Origin: Escherichia coli
GTDB lineage: Bacteria > Pseudomonadota > Gammaproteobacteria > Enterobacterales > Enterobacteriaceae
Length of the DNA: 64,000 bases
NCBI RefSeq assembly: GCF_003018235.1
Contig: NZ_CP027437.1
Strand: one strand, 5' to 3'
Positions 1-9,764 of this stretch are shown piece by piece; the first letter of the stretch is position 1, and each line of letters starts with the position of its first letter. Under the pieces are notes generated by a model, which was given only the letters and a program-made list of their open reading frames with translations, searched no databases and was not told the origin of the DNA. The translations under genes and the position numbers were made by a program.

Positions 1-17
1 GGGGTAAGATTTCCGGC

Positions 18-521
18 TCATGATTCGATGATTTTCAGAAACGGGTTAGTGGCTTTCTTCTGCCCCGCCAGGCCAATCAGACGCTGGCGGCTGCTGGGGT
101 CGAGTCCGAGCATTGCCCCCGTGCTGCTCATCTCGGACTCCTGTTCTTTTTTGGCGGTCAGCTCCGGGTTTTTGACCATACCGCCCATTGCACCGGTGAT
201 GGTGTTGCCCTGGCTGGCAATATTCTTCACGGCACGTCGCCAGAACTCATAGGCCACGCACCACCGCTCAAGTACCGCCAGGTCAGTCACGCACAACAGG
301 CCCTGACCGCAGAGTTCTTTGGTTGTCAGTTGCCACATGATCGTGGCGAGAGGGAGATCTTCTTCAGCGAACCACTCCGGTGGCTCAACACCTTTGATGG
401 GCGTAAAAACAGGTTCATCTTTGTTCAGGGCTCGCTTGCCGGGGTTTCCGGCCAGCGCCTTGCGCGCCGTTGGCTTGGGGCGACGCCCGGAACGCCCCGC
501 CGTTCCAGCCATATGCGGCAC
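18..521 (-). CDS. phage terminase small subunit (P27-type, by recall)
   Basis: 167-aa ORF immediately downstream of an HNH endonuclease gene in the late operon; family assignment from memory of similar proteins. Confidence 0.5.
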   Translation of the reverse strand: MPHMAGTAGRSGRRPKPTARKALAGNPGKRALNKDEPVFTPIKGVEPPEWFAEEDLPLATIMWQLTTKELCGQGLLCVTDLAVLERWCVAYEFWRRAVKNIASQGNTITGAMGGMVKNPELTAKKEQESEMSSTGAMLGLDPSSRQRLIGLAGQKKATNPFLKIIES

Positions 522-637
522 TCCTGGTTAAATTTCATTTTTCGCGGGTATAAAAAAACGATGGGGCGGGCAGTCCGGAAGACATCAGGTCACAGGGATT
601 TGACCCGCCCCTCCCCTCTGGCAGTGGGAACTGGTTC

Positions 638-988
638 TTACTTCAGCCATTCACGGGCCGTCTTCGCCTTGTGGCACGGCCAGCACAGACTCTGCAGATT
701 ACTGTCGGCATCAGTGCCGCCATGTGCTTTAGGGATGATGTGGTCAACGGTTTTCGCCTCACGCACCACACCGGCACGCAGACATAACTGACACAGGCCT
801 TTGTCACGCTTCAGGACACGCACGCGGATAACATCCCACTTCGAACCATAACCGCGCTGATGACGAGATTGTCCTGGCTTGTATTGCTTCCAGCCTTCGC
901 TTTTATGGCTTTCACAATAGCCTGACGGGTCAGTAGTGGTATTGCGGCAACCGCGAACGCGGCAGGCTTTTGGTGTTCGTGGCGGCAT
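638..988 (-). CDS. phage HNH endonuclease
   Basis: 116-aa product with CxxC ... DHIIP ... N ... CxxCH pattern typical of HNH nucleases; usual position next to terminase. Confidence 0.7.
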   Translation of the reverse strand: MPPRTPKACRVRGCRNTTTDPSGYCESHKSEGWKQYKPGQSRHQRGYGSKWDVIRVRVLKRDKGLCQLCLRAGVVREAKTVDHIIPKAHGGTDADSNLQSLCWPCHKAKTAREWLK

Positions 989-1040
989 ATCTACTCCAAT
1001 GAAAAAGCTACCGGTTGATAACCGATGGCTTTGATTGTTC

Positions 1041-1235
1041 TTACCTGTTTTGAAGAATCTCCCGCTTTCTTACAATACATTCCGTCGTTTCTCTATAGCT
1101 GCACACGTGCTCCCGTGAACATTGGTATGTGTGCAATTCGCCGATGGCATCACCGATACCAGTCAGCACATCTTTTTCATGCAGAATGGTCACCTGCAGA
1201 CGGTTGGTTGGGCAGATAATGTTTGAATAGTTCAT
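1041..1235 (-). CDS. hypothetical phage protein (64 aa)
   Basis: ATG at internal Met of track ORF 1041..1412, preceded by AAGGAG about 8 nt upstream; no recognisable family. Confidence 0.3.
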   Translation of the reverse strand: MNYSNIICPTNRLQVTILHEKDVLTGIGDAIGELHTYQCSREHVCSYRETTECIVRKREILQNR

Positions 1236-1605
1236 TTTGGTGTCTCCTTTGCTTTCGAGACACCAAAATCCCATCACGACACGTTTACCGCCACAAACAT
1301 TATTGCAGGCACCCATTGAATACCTGCGGGACTGATAAACACAGCCTCCTCCATACGTAGTGAAACCATTTTCATATCTCCAGTAATGAATTCTTTGAAG
1401 AGTCGCAATCAATACGACTCACTAATGGGGAGGCATGTCCAACGCGTTGGACGAGTTGCCTACTTGATTTAGATGACACTTTAGAAGGACAGAATGCCTT
1501 CCTCACTCAAATAACATCAATTAAGGAGGTTCAACATGCTTCGTTCCAAAAGTCAGTTGACTGTAATTATTACTACGTCACCTTATGCCGAAGACCTTTT
1601 CCGCT

Positions 1606-1881
1606 TCACTTTGAGCCTGATTCACTTCTACCTGACCGGCTCGCCTCTATCCTTCTGATCCCCGCTTTATCCAGATTGCACTGCCCTAGCGCCGACAACA
1701 GACTGACATTCAAATCTAGACTACCCGCATAAGTCAGCGGTTCAGAAATGGCTGGTTGCGGGGTTTCAGCGGTCAGACTCGCCGGTAACGGTATAGCCGG
1801 AACTGGCACGTAAACTGTCCGCGAACTTTCGCAACCGGTCAGCAGCGGCAGCAGGCACAGGGCGTACAGCACAATCATCAT
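1606..1881 (-). CDS. Rz1-like outer-membrane spanin lipoprotein (overlapping Rz in another frame)
   Basis: Internal start MMIVLYALCLLPLLTGC gives signal peptide plus lipobox LTGC, followed by a proline-rich segment; overlaps 3' end of the Rz-like gene out of frame. Confidence 0.55.
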   Translation of the reverse strand: MMIVLYALCLLPLLTGCESSRTVYVPVPAIPLPASLTAETPQPAISEPLTYAGSLDLNVSLLSALGQCNLDKAGIRRIEASRSGRSESGSK

Positions 1882-2158
1882 CCGCAACAGCCACTTTGAT
1901 ATCAGCCTGGGTTCTCTGTGACTCCAGTGCGATCTGCTGTTTTGCATGCTGGTTAGCCTCCAGAACTGTATTGACGATTTGCAGTGATTGCAGGACGTTA
2001 TTGGTAATAGCGGTTGCCGATTCGGCATTTTGTACAGCCTCATCAGCACGTTTCTTTTCGCGCTGGTATTTGCTGTGGTAGTGGTTAGCTGACCAGACGA
2101 GAGAACCGAATAAAGTCAGGAGGAAAGCAGAAATAACCAGCTTATAGCGAAGTTTCAT
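1766..2158 (-). CDS. Rz-like inner-membrane spanin
   Basis: N-terminal TM segment followed by predicted coiled coil, directly downstream of the endolysin; track ORF starts at TTG 2191, ATG at 2158 preferred. Confidence 0.6.
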   Translation of the reverse strand: MKLRYKLVISAFLLTLFGSLVWSANHYHSKYQREKKRADEAVQNAESATAITNNVLQSLQIVNTVLEANQHAKQQIALESQRTQADIKVAVADDDCAVRPVPAAAADRLRKFADSLRASSGYTVTGESDR

Positions 2159-2618
2159 TAACCACCCCGCCAGCTTCTTTGAATTTGGCAATCAGACTAT
2201 CGATCTTGTGTTCATACTGACCGTAGCCAGCACCGGGCAATGAGGCCCAAATATTGCTGCAACGATCAATAGCCTGACGAATATCACCCCGATCAATCAG
2301 CGGCAGCGCGCCGCGTTCTTTAATCTGCTGTAACGCCACCGCATCCTGGCTTTTCGGGGAGAAATCTTTCAGTCCAAGCTGTTTACGGTAGGCGTCCCAC
2401 CATTTCGACAGCAGTTGATAACGCCCGGCGGCGGTGGATTTCAGTTTCGGGTTAAGCGTAACCAGCTTACGTGGATGATCGGAGTAATCAGTAAGCAGTT
2501 CGCCACCAACGATAACGTCATAACCATGATTTCTGGTCTTCTGCCATCCGTTATCAGTTCCTTCTGACCACGCCAGCATATCGAGGAAGGCTTTACGCTG
2601 AGGATTAAGGTTTTGCAT
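2142..2618 (-). CDS. R: endolysin, lambda R-type lytic transglycosylase
   Basis: 158-aa product near-identical over most of its length to recalled lambda R (QRKAFLDMLAWSEGTDNG...GDIRQAIDRCSNIWASLPGAGYGQ). Confidence 0.9.
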   Translation of the reverse strand: MQNLNPQRKAFLDMLAWSEGTDNGWQKTRNHGYDVIVGGELLTDYSDHPRKLVTLNPKLKSTAAGRYQLLSKWWDAYRKQLGLKDFSPKSQDAVALQQIKERGALPLIDRGDIRQAIDRCSNIWASLPGAGYGQYEHKIDSLIAKFKEAGGVVNETSL

Positions 2619-2922
2619 TTTTCACCCCTGTCAGTCGTTCCCAGAAGTAAGTCAGCGCAACTGAACCCATTGCACCGCTGATCCCTGCTGTGGCGAGAAT
2701 CATGTAAATGCTAAATCCGCTTTCGATACTTATCAGGCCACCAATAACACCGGTAAAACCCGATACCACTATCTGAGCCAGAGCATTAATCCAGCTCCAT
2801 GTTGCTTTGCTCTGCTTCACATCAATCAGGTAACGGACAAGCCCGCCCCAGCACGCGAAGATCAGCAGAACGAGCCAGGACATCCCGGCAATGCTCTCTT
2901 TTTCGTGCATATGAATAGCCAT
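2605..2922 (-). CDS. holin (not lambda S family)
   Basis: About 105 aa with hydrophobic TM segments, dual-Met N-terminus MAIHMHEK, immediately upstream of and overlapping the endolysin gene. Confidence 0.55.
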   Translation of the reverse strand: MAIHMHEKESIAGMSWLVLLIFACWGGLVRYLIDVKQSKATWSWINALAQIVVSGFTGVIGGLISIESGFSIYMILATAGISGAMGSVALTYFWERLTGVKNAKP

Positions 2923-2951
2923 GATTTTGCCGCCGACGGATGATCGGGACT

Positions 2952-3449
2952 CTAAATGATAGGGAACAGACTCACGGGGTAATTTAACGACAAAGCACGG
3001 AGTTGAAGATCCCCACAAGCCTGGAATAAAAAAGCCAGCGACAGGCTGGCAATGTGAGGGTAACGCAAAGTGCTTAGAAACAAAAAAAGGCCGCCATCGG
3101 CGACCTTCGAGGTATCTAGCGTGCTGGATACTTTCAGCTTCGCCTTCAATTCAGCGTTGATTTCTTTCAGGCGATCAACATCGTTTTTAAGTTTTTCAAT
3201 GTCTTGCCCTTTATTATCAAGGTCGCGCTGAAGACCTTTAATAATTTCTGTTTGGGCCGCCTGTACTTCTCGTGTCGTCTGGAGAGACTTATCAATATCA
3301 TCAACTTGGTTAATCAAGCGTGTACCGAAAAAGCCTACAACTAACATAGTTATCCCAACCATAAAGTTGAGAACCCAGACTTTTGTTCCGGAAGCAGTGT
3401 TTGGAGTTTCGTCGATAAAGTGCACCTTATGCCAGTTAAAGTTACCCAA
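2952..3449 (-). CDS. hypothetical membrane/coiled-coil protein; 3' part of ORF probably non-coding
   Basis: TTG-initiated track ORF; internal ATG precedes a TM segment and coiled coil; C-terminal about 45 codons overlie two hairpin+T-tract terminators. Confidence 0.25.
   Translation of the reverse strand: MGNFNWHKVHFIDETPNTASGTKVWVLNFMVGITMLVVGFFGTRLINQVDDIDKSLQTTREVQAAQTEIIKGLQRDLDNKGQDIEKLKNDVDRLKEINAELKAKLKVSSTLDTSKVADGGLFLFLSTLRYPHIASLSLAFLFQACGDLQLRALSLNYPVSLFPII
3030..3107 (-). terminator. two tandem rho-independent terminators in the Q-to-holin interval (tR'-like)
   Basis: On minus strand: hairpin GCCAGCCTGTCGCTGGC followed by TTTTTTATT, and hairpin GGTCGCCGATGGCGGCC followed by TTTTTTTGTTT. 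Confidence 0.45.
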
Positions 3450-3908
3450 CGTCTGCGCAGATCGTTAGATTCGGCAACATTGTAACTGGATAAGGAATAG
3501 AAAACCTTGGAATTTTAAGAAGAAACTGATTGATCGATTATTTAACGAGCGAACACATCCATACACCCCAGACGGGTACTACGACAAAGGCCATGAAATA
3601 AGTAACTTTTGCTTGAATGTTTTGCATTTCGCTTCCTTAGCAGTCCGATAAGTACTGTCTGCTCATCCAACCTAACGAATGTAGATCAGAATGACAAGTC
3701 TTTCGCGCTAATTTCAATTTGATATCTGTTCGTAAACATGATGGCGCGAAATATTACGCATGAAGTGCTTCTACATCAACATAAAAGTTACTTTTTTTGT
3801 GTTCACAGCATGTAAAGTAAAAGCCCCGCACGATGGCGAGGCTGTTAATTCTTTGTCGACCAACAAAGCTATGGCGACGATATCAGATTTACATGAAATA
3901 TAAGCGTT

Positions 3909-4598
3909 TCAGTTCGGTTTTGCAAGACTTACGTGCAAACTTGTCGCCTTTTGTTGTGAACGTGATCGCGTTACTGAGATAAGCGCACCGCTATCGAGTC
4001 GCATAAAGCAGCTACGCATTGCCAACCAGTGAGGCAGGTATGTCTCTGTCCAGGTGGATTTCGCCACGCCAACCAGTTCCGCCAGCTTCTGGTATTCGTA
4101 GGCATCTTTCCCGACCAACCCTGCTTTGACATCCTGCGCTGCCAGCCATATCAGCTTCTTCAGGCGCTCCATGGTCTTGCCTGCCACCCTCTTCGCGCCG
4201 AGATACCCCCTGAATTCAGACCACGCCCACTGGGTGATCGCCACCTGGTATTCAAAGCTGATGTTTTCACTGTAACTCCACAGCAACCACGCTTTCTGAT
4301 GTTCTTCGAGAGACAGAACCGCGCGGCGCCATGAAGATGTTGAGAACTCAACCTGGCTGACCAGTGCAATGGATGAACCTTTTGCGTACGACTGCTTACC
4401 GGAAATCGGCGGATTATCCAGCGTAATCATCTTGCCCGTTACCTCATCCAGAATGCGCGGCTTCTTTCGTTTATATGTACCAGTATCAAATTGTGCATGC
4501 TCCAGCCAGGCTTCAAGCTGGCCTTTCGTTGCTCCGCTCAAATCAGCAGTAGCCACAATGAGTTGCTCGCGGACATACTGTAAATATTGGGTATTCAT
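3909..4598 (-). CDS. putative late-gene antiterminator Q-like protein
   Basis: 229-aa ORF occupying the Q position (downstream of rusA-ylcG, upstream of lysis genes); start overlaps ylcG stop (ATGA); family assignment tentative. Confidence 0.45.
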   Translation of the reverse strand: MNTQYLQYVREQLIVATADLSGATKGQLEAWLEHAQFDTGTYKRKKPRILDEVTGKMITLDNPPISGKQSYAKGSSIALVSQVEFSTSSWRRAVLSLEEHQKAWLLWSYSENISFEYQVAITQWAWSEFRGYLGAKRVAGKTMERLKKLIWLAAQDVKAGLVGKDAYEYQKLAELVGVAKSTWTETYLPHWLAMRSCFMRLDSGALISVTRSRSQQKATSLHVSLAKPN

Positions 4599-4735
4599 GC
4601 GGCAGCTCCTTTCAGTGTTTTGGCGTAATTCTTCAGTATCCGGTAATCGGTCAAAACAGAACCGGGGAAACGATATAAGCGCAGGCGCATCCAGCGGTGG
4701 CGAAGACGTTCTGCCATATAAGACTCAAACATCAT
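4595..4735 (-). CDS. ylcG: small DUF3950-type protein YlcG
   Basis: 46-codon ORF ([46 protein letters not shown]) coupled by ATGA overlaps to rusA and Q; matches recalled K-12 YlcG. Confidence 0.6.
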   Translation of the reverse strand: MMFESYMAERLRHRWMRLRLYRFPGSVLTDYRILKNYAKTLKGAAA

Positions 4736-5094
4736 TCATTCCCCAGTTCGGTGATGGTCAGCTCCAGCTTCCCACCTTTGGTAACGGGCATCTTCACAAC
4801 ACGGTAATCAACGACCTGAACATCATCCAGCCAGAAACCTGCTTTGGTGAGTGCGTCAAAAGCGGCTTTTTGCAGATTATCCAGGTCACGGCGACGGCGA
4901 TCCGGCATGTGGCACTCAATACGGATTTTCACAGGCATAGCCAGGCCGATATCCAGCATTGCGTTTTTAATGATTTGGGCGACGTTATCGCGGTATGCCT
5001 GCCCCTCTGCGCTGACGTGCGTGCGCCCGCGATTATGGCGGTAATAGCGATTATTGCTCGGAGGCCAGGGTAATGTGATGCTGTAGGTATTCAC
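4732..5094 (-). CDS. rusA: RusA Holliday junction resolvase
   Basis: 120-aa product near-identical to recalled K-12 RusA ([38 protein letters not shown]...). Confidence 0.9.
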   Translation of the reverse strand: MNTYSITLPWPPSNNRYYRHNRGRTHVSAEGQAYRDNVAQIIKNAMLDIGLAMPVKIRIECHMPDRRRRDLDNLQKAAFDALTKAGFWLDDVQVVDYRVVKMPVTKGGKLELTITELGNE

Positions 5095-5381
5095 GCCTTA
5101 ATAACCCCCTCTTTCAGCCAGATAACCTGTGTTCTCGCCATACCTTCCAGCGCGCATTCTTTTGCATATCCAGCGTCAACAAAATGCGTGCGACGGTCGA
5201 TCTCATCGTGACAGGCAGAACATGCAATGGTGGCAATCAGGTCTGGCGGTTTGGTACCGGTGCCACACAATCCAGCCAGCCGGATATGTGCCAGTACAGA
5301 CGTTTCAGGGTTGCCATTACATATGCCAGGGATTCTTACCTGGCATTCCCGACCACGCGCTGCTTTTCTCAAATCAGCCAT
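5091..5381 (-). CDS. ybcO: DUF1364 prophage protein YbcO
   Basis: Internal ATG ([19 protein letters not shown]...) gives 96-aa product matching recalled K-12 YbcO. Confidence 0.8.
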   Translation of the reverse strand: MADLRKAARGRECQVRIPGICNGNPETSVLAHIRLAGLCGTGTKPPDLIATIACSACHDEIDRRTHFVDAGYAKECALEGMARTQVIWLKEGVIKA

Positions 5382-5544
5382 GATTCCTCCTTGCTGCCAG
5401 TCGCAACCATTTTTTATCAACCAGGCTGGCGGTATACCCTAGCAGCGTTGGTATTTCGGATGGCTTCAGCTCAGGCTTACGCTTACGACGATTTGGTACT
5501 CTGTAGATGTGTCCGTTCATGACCCGAATAAGCGGTGTAGTCAT
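5374..5544 (-). CDS. ninE: NinE
   Basis: 56-aa product [28 protein letters not shown]... matches recalled K-12 NinE; TAATG overlap with ybcN. Confidence 0.8.
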   Translation of the reverse strand: MTTPLIRVMNGHIYRVPNRRKRKPELKPSEIPTLLGYTASLVDKKWLRLAARRNHG

Positions 5545-5999
5545 TACGCCTCCTGCTTGTCGCGCAGCAGCTGGAACTCGCAGCTCTGTGGAATAGTCAG
5601 GTGGCAACCAATATTCATCGCCCAGGCTTCAACCTTACACAGGAAGACATACATCTCTCCGGTATCAAGATCGGAGGTATGGCGTAACGACTGGATAGTG
5701 GTGATATCACCGGTTACGACATCAACCAGGTCTTTGGTTTCATAACCGAGATATGTGTGTTTGAGAGCATCTTTTACCCAAGCTGGAGTGGCGAACGTTT
5801 TACCCCTGCTGATGAGGTATTCACTGATTTCGCTGTACCACATGTGGCTGAGTGCATTCTGGGAAAGACTGCGTCTCTCGCGCCACGGTTTAAGCACCAT
5901 GCGAAAGCATTTGCCGTCCTCCAGATAAGGCTGGATCTGCCGACCGATAGCGGTGAAGTTACCGCGATGCAATTTGATACCATCTTGTGGGAGGTTCAC
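5544..5999 (-). CDS. ybcN: DUF1367 prophage protein YbcN
   Basis: 151-aa product matches recalled K-12 YbcN over full length. Confidence 0.85.
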   Translation of the reverse strand: MNLPQDGIKLHRGNFTAIGRQIQPYLEDGKCFRMVLKPWRERRSLSQNALSHMWYSEISEYLISRGKTFATPAWVKDALKHTYLGYETKDLVDVVTGDITTIQSLRHTSDLDTGEMYVFLCKVEAWAMNIGCHLTIPQSCEFQLLRDKQEA

Positions 6000-6191
6000 G
6001 CTTCACCTCCGCAGAGATCAAACGCTGGATGCAAAATATCGCAGGTGCATTTCTGCATCTGTGAATGGAGAAGAGAGGTTGGATTGTATGTGCGCATAAA
6101 CGTCCCCGTTTAGCGCAGAAGTCACCGGAGGAGTTCAAACTCTGGTGACTTAATTATGGCAAGTTGATTGTTGAAAATCAATTTAGTGGAT

Positions 6192-6974
6192 TTAGGCGCA
6201 ATACAAAGGATCATTAGCAGCTCTAATACCGCCCTGAATCGCAAGCCCTGTATGGCAATTTGACATTGAGCATGATTGCCATCTGTGCAAGGGACCTCCA
6301 TTAATCGAAACTTCCAGCAGATCTTTATCTCCTTTCATCCTGACCCCTTCATACAACATATCAAGACGCTCAACAATCAATCCTGTTGGAGGTTCCATTT
6401 TTAGAACGAGGGCAAACTCTCCTGGCCCACGTCGTATTGTTATACGCGGGCCGGTACACTCCACATCCCAATTGTCTGATTTAGCTTTCCATTCATTTTC
6501 ATCTATCAGTAAAGTCTCCTTACCAATAGAATTACAGAAAATTCCTGATAAAAGCATCGGTCCATGTGGTATGGGTGAAGGTTTCACAGAAAGAATGGGT
6601 TGTTCGTTGACTACAATCAAATTTTGACAGTTATGAAACGTCACTCCTGCAAATTTTACTGTTATAGGCTCATTATGAAAATCAAACATTTCATTTGCAA
6701 AACCAGCCTGTAAGCACTTGGGATTTCTGTCAGCTATTTCCACTGTCTGTGCTGAAAGTCTACCACGAGCTCTTTTTTGATTGCATTGGGAGCAAAGAAG
6801 TGTCATTCCATTCGGATCATGTACTTTGGCATCAACGAAGTCAGGTTTAAAATGCTCATAATCATAAAATCCAAATCCACAAATTACACAGCCAAAGCCG
6901 CACCTTTGCCTTATCTGACGTTTTATTGTCTCAGGTATTCTTCTTGAGAGCCCGTGTTTATTAATATTGTCCAT
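6192..6974 (-). CDS. HNH-domain protein with uncharacterised C-terminal domain (prophage cargo)
   Basis: 260 aa; N-terminal CGFGCVICG...YEHFKP...NGMTLLCSQCNQK fits HNH nuclease motif; about 160-aa C-terminal region unrecognised; AT-rich codon usage. Confidence 0.5.
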   Translation of the reverse strand: MDNINKHGLSRRIPETIKRQIRQRCGFGCVICGFGFYDYEHFKPDFVDAKVHDPNGMTLLCSQCNQKRARGRLSAQTVEIADRNPKCLQAGFANEMFDFHNEPITVKFAGVTFHNCQNLIVVNEQPILSVKPSPIPHGPMLLSGIFCNSIGKETLLIDENEWKAKSDNWDVECTGPRITIRRGPGEFALVLKMEPPTGLIVERLDMLYEGVRMKGDKDLLEVSINGGPLHRWQSCSMSNCHTGLAIQGGIRAANDPLYCA

Positions 6975-7148
6975 ATGGTTAGTACGCTATAAGTTTGTTT
7001 CTATAATTTTACCACAATAGATAAGTTTGTATCAGAAATCGCTATATGGAGTGAGCGGAATATTTATATTATTCATGCAATTGCTCTCCCGTACGCAGCC
7101 CGCACTTCCGTCATCGCAGAATGACGGAAGCCTTACTAACTAGCGCCT

Positions 7149-7472
7149 TTATTGAAACAGATTCTGAGGTAAATGCGGCAATACTCGACTCCACTTATCA
7201 TCCTGCCACGGCTGAAGTTTTACATGTGCCGTTTCTCGGACGAGGATTGCTCGCGCTCTGTTGAGTATCTGGGGATATTCTTGCTCGATGGAAGTGAAGT
7301 GACCAGCTTCACCATGCTCCGCATCCTGAAGAAGATGAGTAACGTTCTGGTAGGCAATTAACATCACATTCCCTGCTCGCCATAACCAGGCGAGTGTGCA
7401 AAGTTCGTTATCAGTGAATTGTTTTGTGATTGGGGATTGTTGAACTGCTAGAACGAGAACGCCAGCATCCAT
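7149..7472 (-). CDS. hypothetical protein (uncertain coding status)
   Basis: 107-aa ORF between ybcK and the HNH gene; no recognisable motif; overlapped by a 62-aa plus-strand ORF. Confidence 0.2.
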   Translation of the reverse strand: MDAGVLVLAVQQSPITKQFTDNELCTLAWLWRAGNVMLIAYQNVTHLLQDAEHGEAGHFTSIEQEYPQILNRARAILVRETAHVKLQPWQDDKWSRVLPHLPQNLFQ

Positions 7473-7583
7473 TGGCAGTCCCTATAGTAAAACCATAGCT
7501 CAGGACGCTTCGTTCAGGATAGATAATTTTATTGTACTTACCTAACTTTCTTACTATAGCACGGTTGAAAAAGTGATTATTAC

Positions 7584-9110
7584 TCAAAAATAAACCTCAC
7601 CATCAACCATATATTTGAGAGTACTTATCGCCTGCCGGGCGGATATTGTTTTCATTAAAGGATAGTGTTTAAAAACAATGCCATTCATAAAATAGATATC
7701 ACAGGTTTTATTATCTGTATTGATTATGATTTTTTCGAATGTTTTATAGGCAAGTGTACGACATAGCTCTCGCCCATTTTTACTGGTTAAGTCAATAGCA
7801 TGAAAATCACCAAGTGAGCTCACCGCTTTACTCTTCAAAGTTTTTAATGATACAGAAGCCCTTCGTAATTCCTTATCTAATACTCTGATTTTTTCTGCTA
7901 TAGCGGTAACTTCAGGCGCAACAGATAATGCAGCAATTAAATTATTAATTTTCATATGGAGCTCAATAATTCTCAACTCTAAAGTTTCATTAGCATCTTT
8001 CTTGTTTTCAACTGGTTGGATTTTACTACAATTAAAAAGCAACTCATTAATGATATTATAATCAACCAAATCTCTCTTTATTGATGGCCTGCCACATCGA
8101 TGCAGTCTTCTCATCGGACAAACATAATAGCCATGCAAACTTCCAGATACCGCATGAACAATCATGGTATTACCACAAGCCTCGCACTTCATAACTGTTC
8201 GAAGTAGATTTATCAACATAGGATTTTTGCTACTATTGCTAATACCAAAAGGTGCCAACCGAATTTCCTGCACAGCGTAAAACAAATCATCTGATATGAC
8301 TCTGGGATAATAGCCAGCGATTTCACTTATTCCTTTACCTCTTGCACGATATGAAGGTACGCATATACCTATCAGAGCTTTATTCGCTAATAATTTTTCA
8401 ATTACAGAAGGCCCCCATGCACTTTCTTTTCCTGAGAAATTCTTTACAGCATGATCATTTAAATACTTGGCTATTGCATTCAATGAGCGCCTTTCCATCC
8501 TGAGTTTAAAAATTAGCTCAATAGTTTTCACCCTGTCGGGGTCTGGAACAAAAGCCGTTCTTTTGTCATCTAAGGAGAGCCATCTCGGACAAGACGCCGT
8601 CATAATCGTACCTGATTCCAGTGCATCCTGCCGTTTTTTCTTCCATGATAATTTAACCCGACTTGACTTTATCTCGCTTTCTTCATTTGCCCTTTGTGCT
8701 ATAAGTATGGCTTTTATTAATGAATATGGCTCATTCAAAGAGTCAATATTATAGACTGTATTGTCGCAAAGAGTTATAACATCAATACCGTGATTCAAAA
8801 TCAATTTCAGACGTTCAATCGCTTCACCGACTTTTTCTCTTGAAAGTCTGTCCAGACTTTCAACTAACAATGTAGTTCCTGGCAATATATAACCATGCTC
8901 TATAGCATCTAAAAATTCCGAAAAAGCTCCTGATTGTGCATGCTTTCCTTTGAATGCACTTAATCCTAAATCTTCATATGTTATGGTATCAAGATAATAA
9001 TCACTATTTACCTTTAACCATTCAGCAATAAGTCTTCTCTGTCGGTTTAATGAGTCGCCAGACATCTGACCTGGTGATGAAAATCGCATATATGCTATGG
9101 CTTTTTTCAT
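7584..9110 (-). CDS. ybcK: large serine recombinase YbcK
   Basis: 508 aa; N-terminal resolvase-type catalytic domain (YMRFSSPGQ...SLNRQ), recombinase domain and Cys-rich zinc ribbon; length and position match K-12 DLP12 ybcK. Confidence 0.85.
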   Translation of the reverse strand: MKKAIAYMRFSSPGQMSGDSLNRQRRLIAEWLKVNSDYYLDTITYEDLGLSAFKGKHAQSGAFSEFLDAIEHGYILPGTTLLVESLDRLSREKVGEAIERLKLILNHGIDVITLCDNTVYNIDSLNEPYSLIKAILIAQRANEESEIKSSRVKLSWKKKRQDALESGTIMTASCPRWLSLDDKRTAFVPDPDRVKTIELIFKLRMERRSLNAIAKYLNDHAVKNFSGKESAWGPSVIEKLLANKALIGICVPSYRARGKGISEIAGYYPRVISDDLFYAVQEIRLAPFGISNSSKNPMLINLLRTVMKCEACGNTMIVHAVSGSLHGYYVCPMRRLHRCGRPSIKRDLVDYNIINELLFNCSKIQPVENKKDANETLELRIIELHMKINNLIAALSVAPEVTAIAEKIRVLDKELRRASVSLKTLKSKAVSSLGDFHAIDLTSKNGRELCRTLAYKTFEKIIINTDNKTCDIYFMNGIVFKHYPLMKTISARQAISTLKYMVDGEVYF

Positions 9111-9364
9111 GGTGACACCTGCTAACGTATGCTTTTATAAACCTTAGTGGCGAGATATAATTTTTGTTTAATTTTTATTTAAAAAGACAATTAAGGTCAC
9201 ATTATCTTGAATATACAACAATAATCGTATTGCAATTTTCTTACGCCATAATCTTGAAAGCACAAAAGAATACATAAAAAATAAAGACATTAACAAAAAG
9301 CATAAAACGAGGCTCATATAAATATAAGAGCCTCCATATTTTAGTCGTTTAGAAACAAATTATT

Positions 9365-9697
9365 TTAATGTGGTGTGCTTCGTGACAATAAATTAATAAC
9401 CAACACACCGGCACAAATCAACATCATGCCTATAATGGCTGGCAGGTCCAGCCGTTGGCCGAAAAATCCCCATGACAGTAAGCTAATCAGGACAATACCG
9501 ACTCCTGACCAGATAGCATAAGCAATCCCTGTAGGAATATAAGCCAGCGTCTGAGCTAATAACCAGAATGATGCACAATAACAAATAATTGTACCAACAG
9601 ATGGCCATAACCGTGTAAAACCTTCTGAAAACTTCATTAAGGTTGTACCAATGACCTCTGCAAGTATTGCACCACCAAGATAAATATAAGGATTCAT
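9365..9697 (-). CDS. emrE: small multidrug resistance efflux transporter EmrE
   Basis: 110-aa product from internal ATG (MNPYIYLGGAILAEVIGTTLMKFSEGF...) matches recalled EmrE; four TM segments. Confidence 0.9.
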   Translation of the reverse strand: MNPYIYLGGAILAEVIGTTLMKFSEGFTRLWPSVGTIICYCASFWLLAQTLAYIPTGIAYAIWSGVGIVLISLLSWGFFGQRLDLPAIIGMMLICAGVLVINLLSRSTPH

Positions 9698-9764
9698 AGC
9701 ATATTCTTTCCTGTTCAAACTGGAGAGAATTGTACTACAGTTTGAACTCAACTCACCTGTTTCA

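Noticed and set aside
3450-3908. Possible tRNA genes between Q and the lysis cassette (common in lambdoid phages)
   Set aside because: No T-arm GGTTCGANTCC-type motif or cloverleaf found by eye in either strand.
3909-4598. Equating the Q-position gene with K-12 quuD
   Set aside because: I cannot reliably recall the quuD sequence or length, so the gene is called only as a Q-like antiterminator by position.
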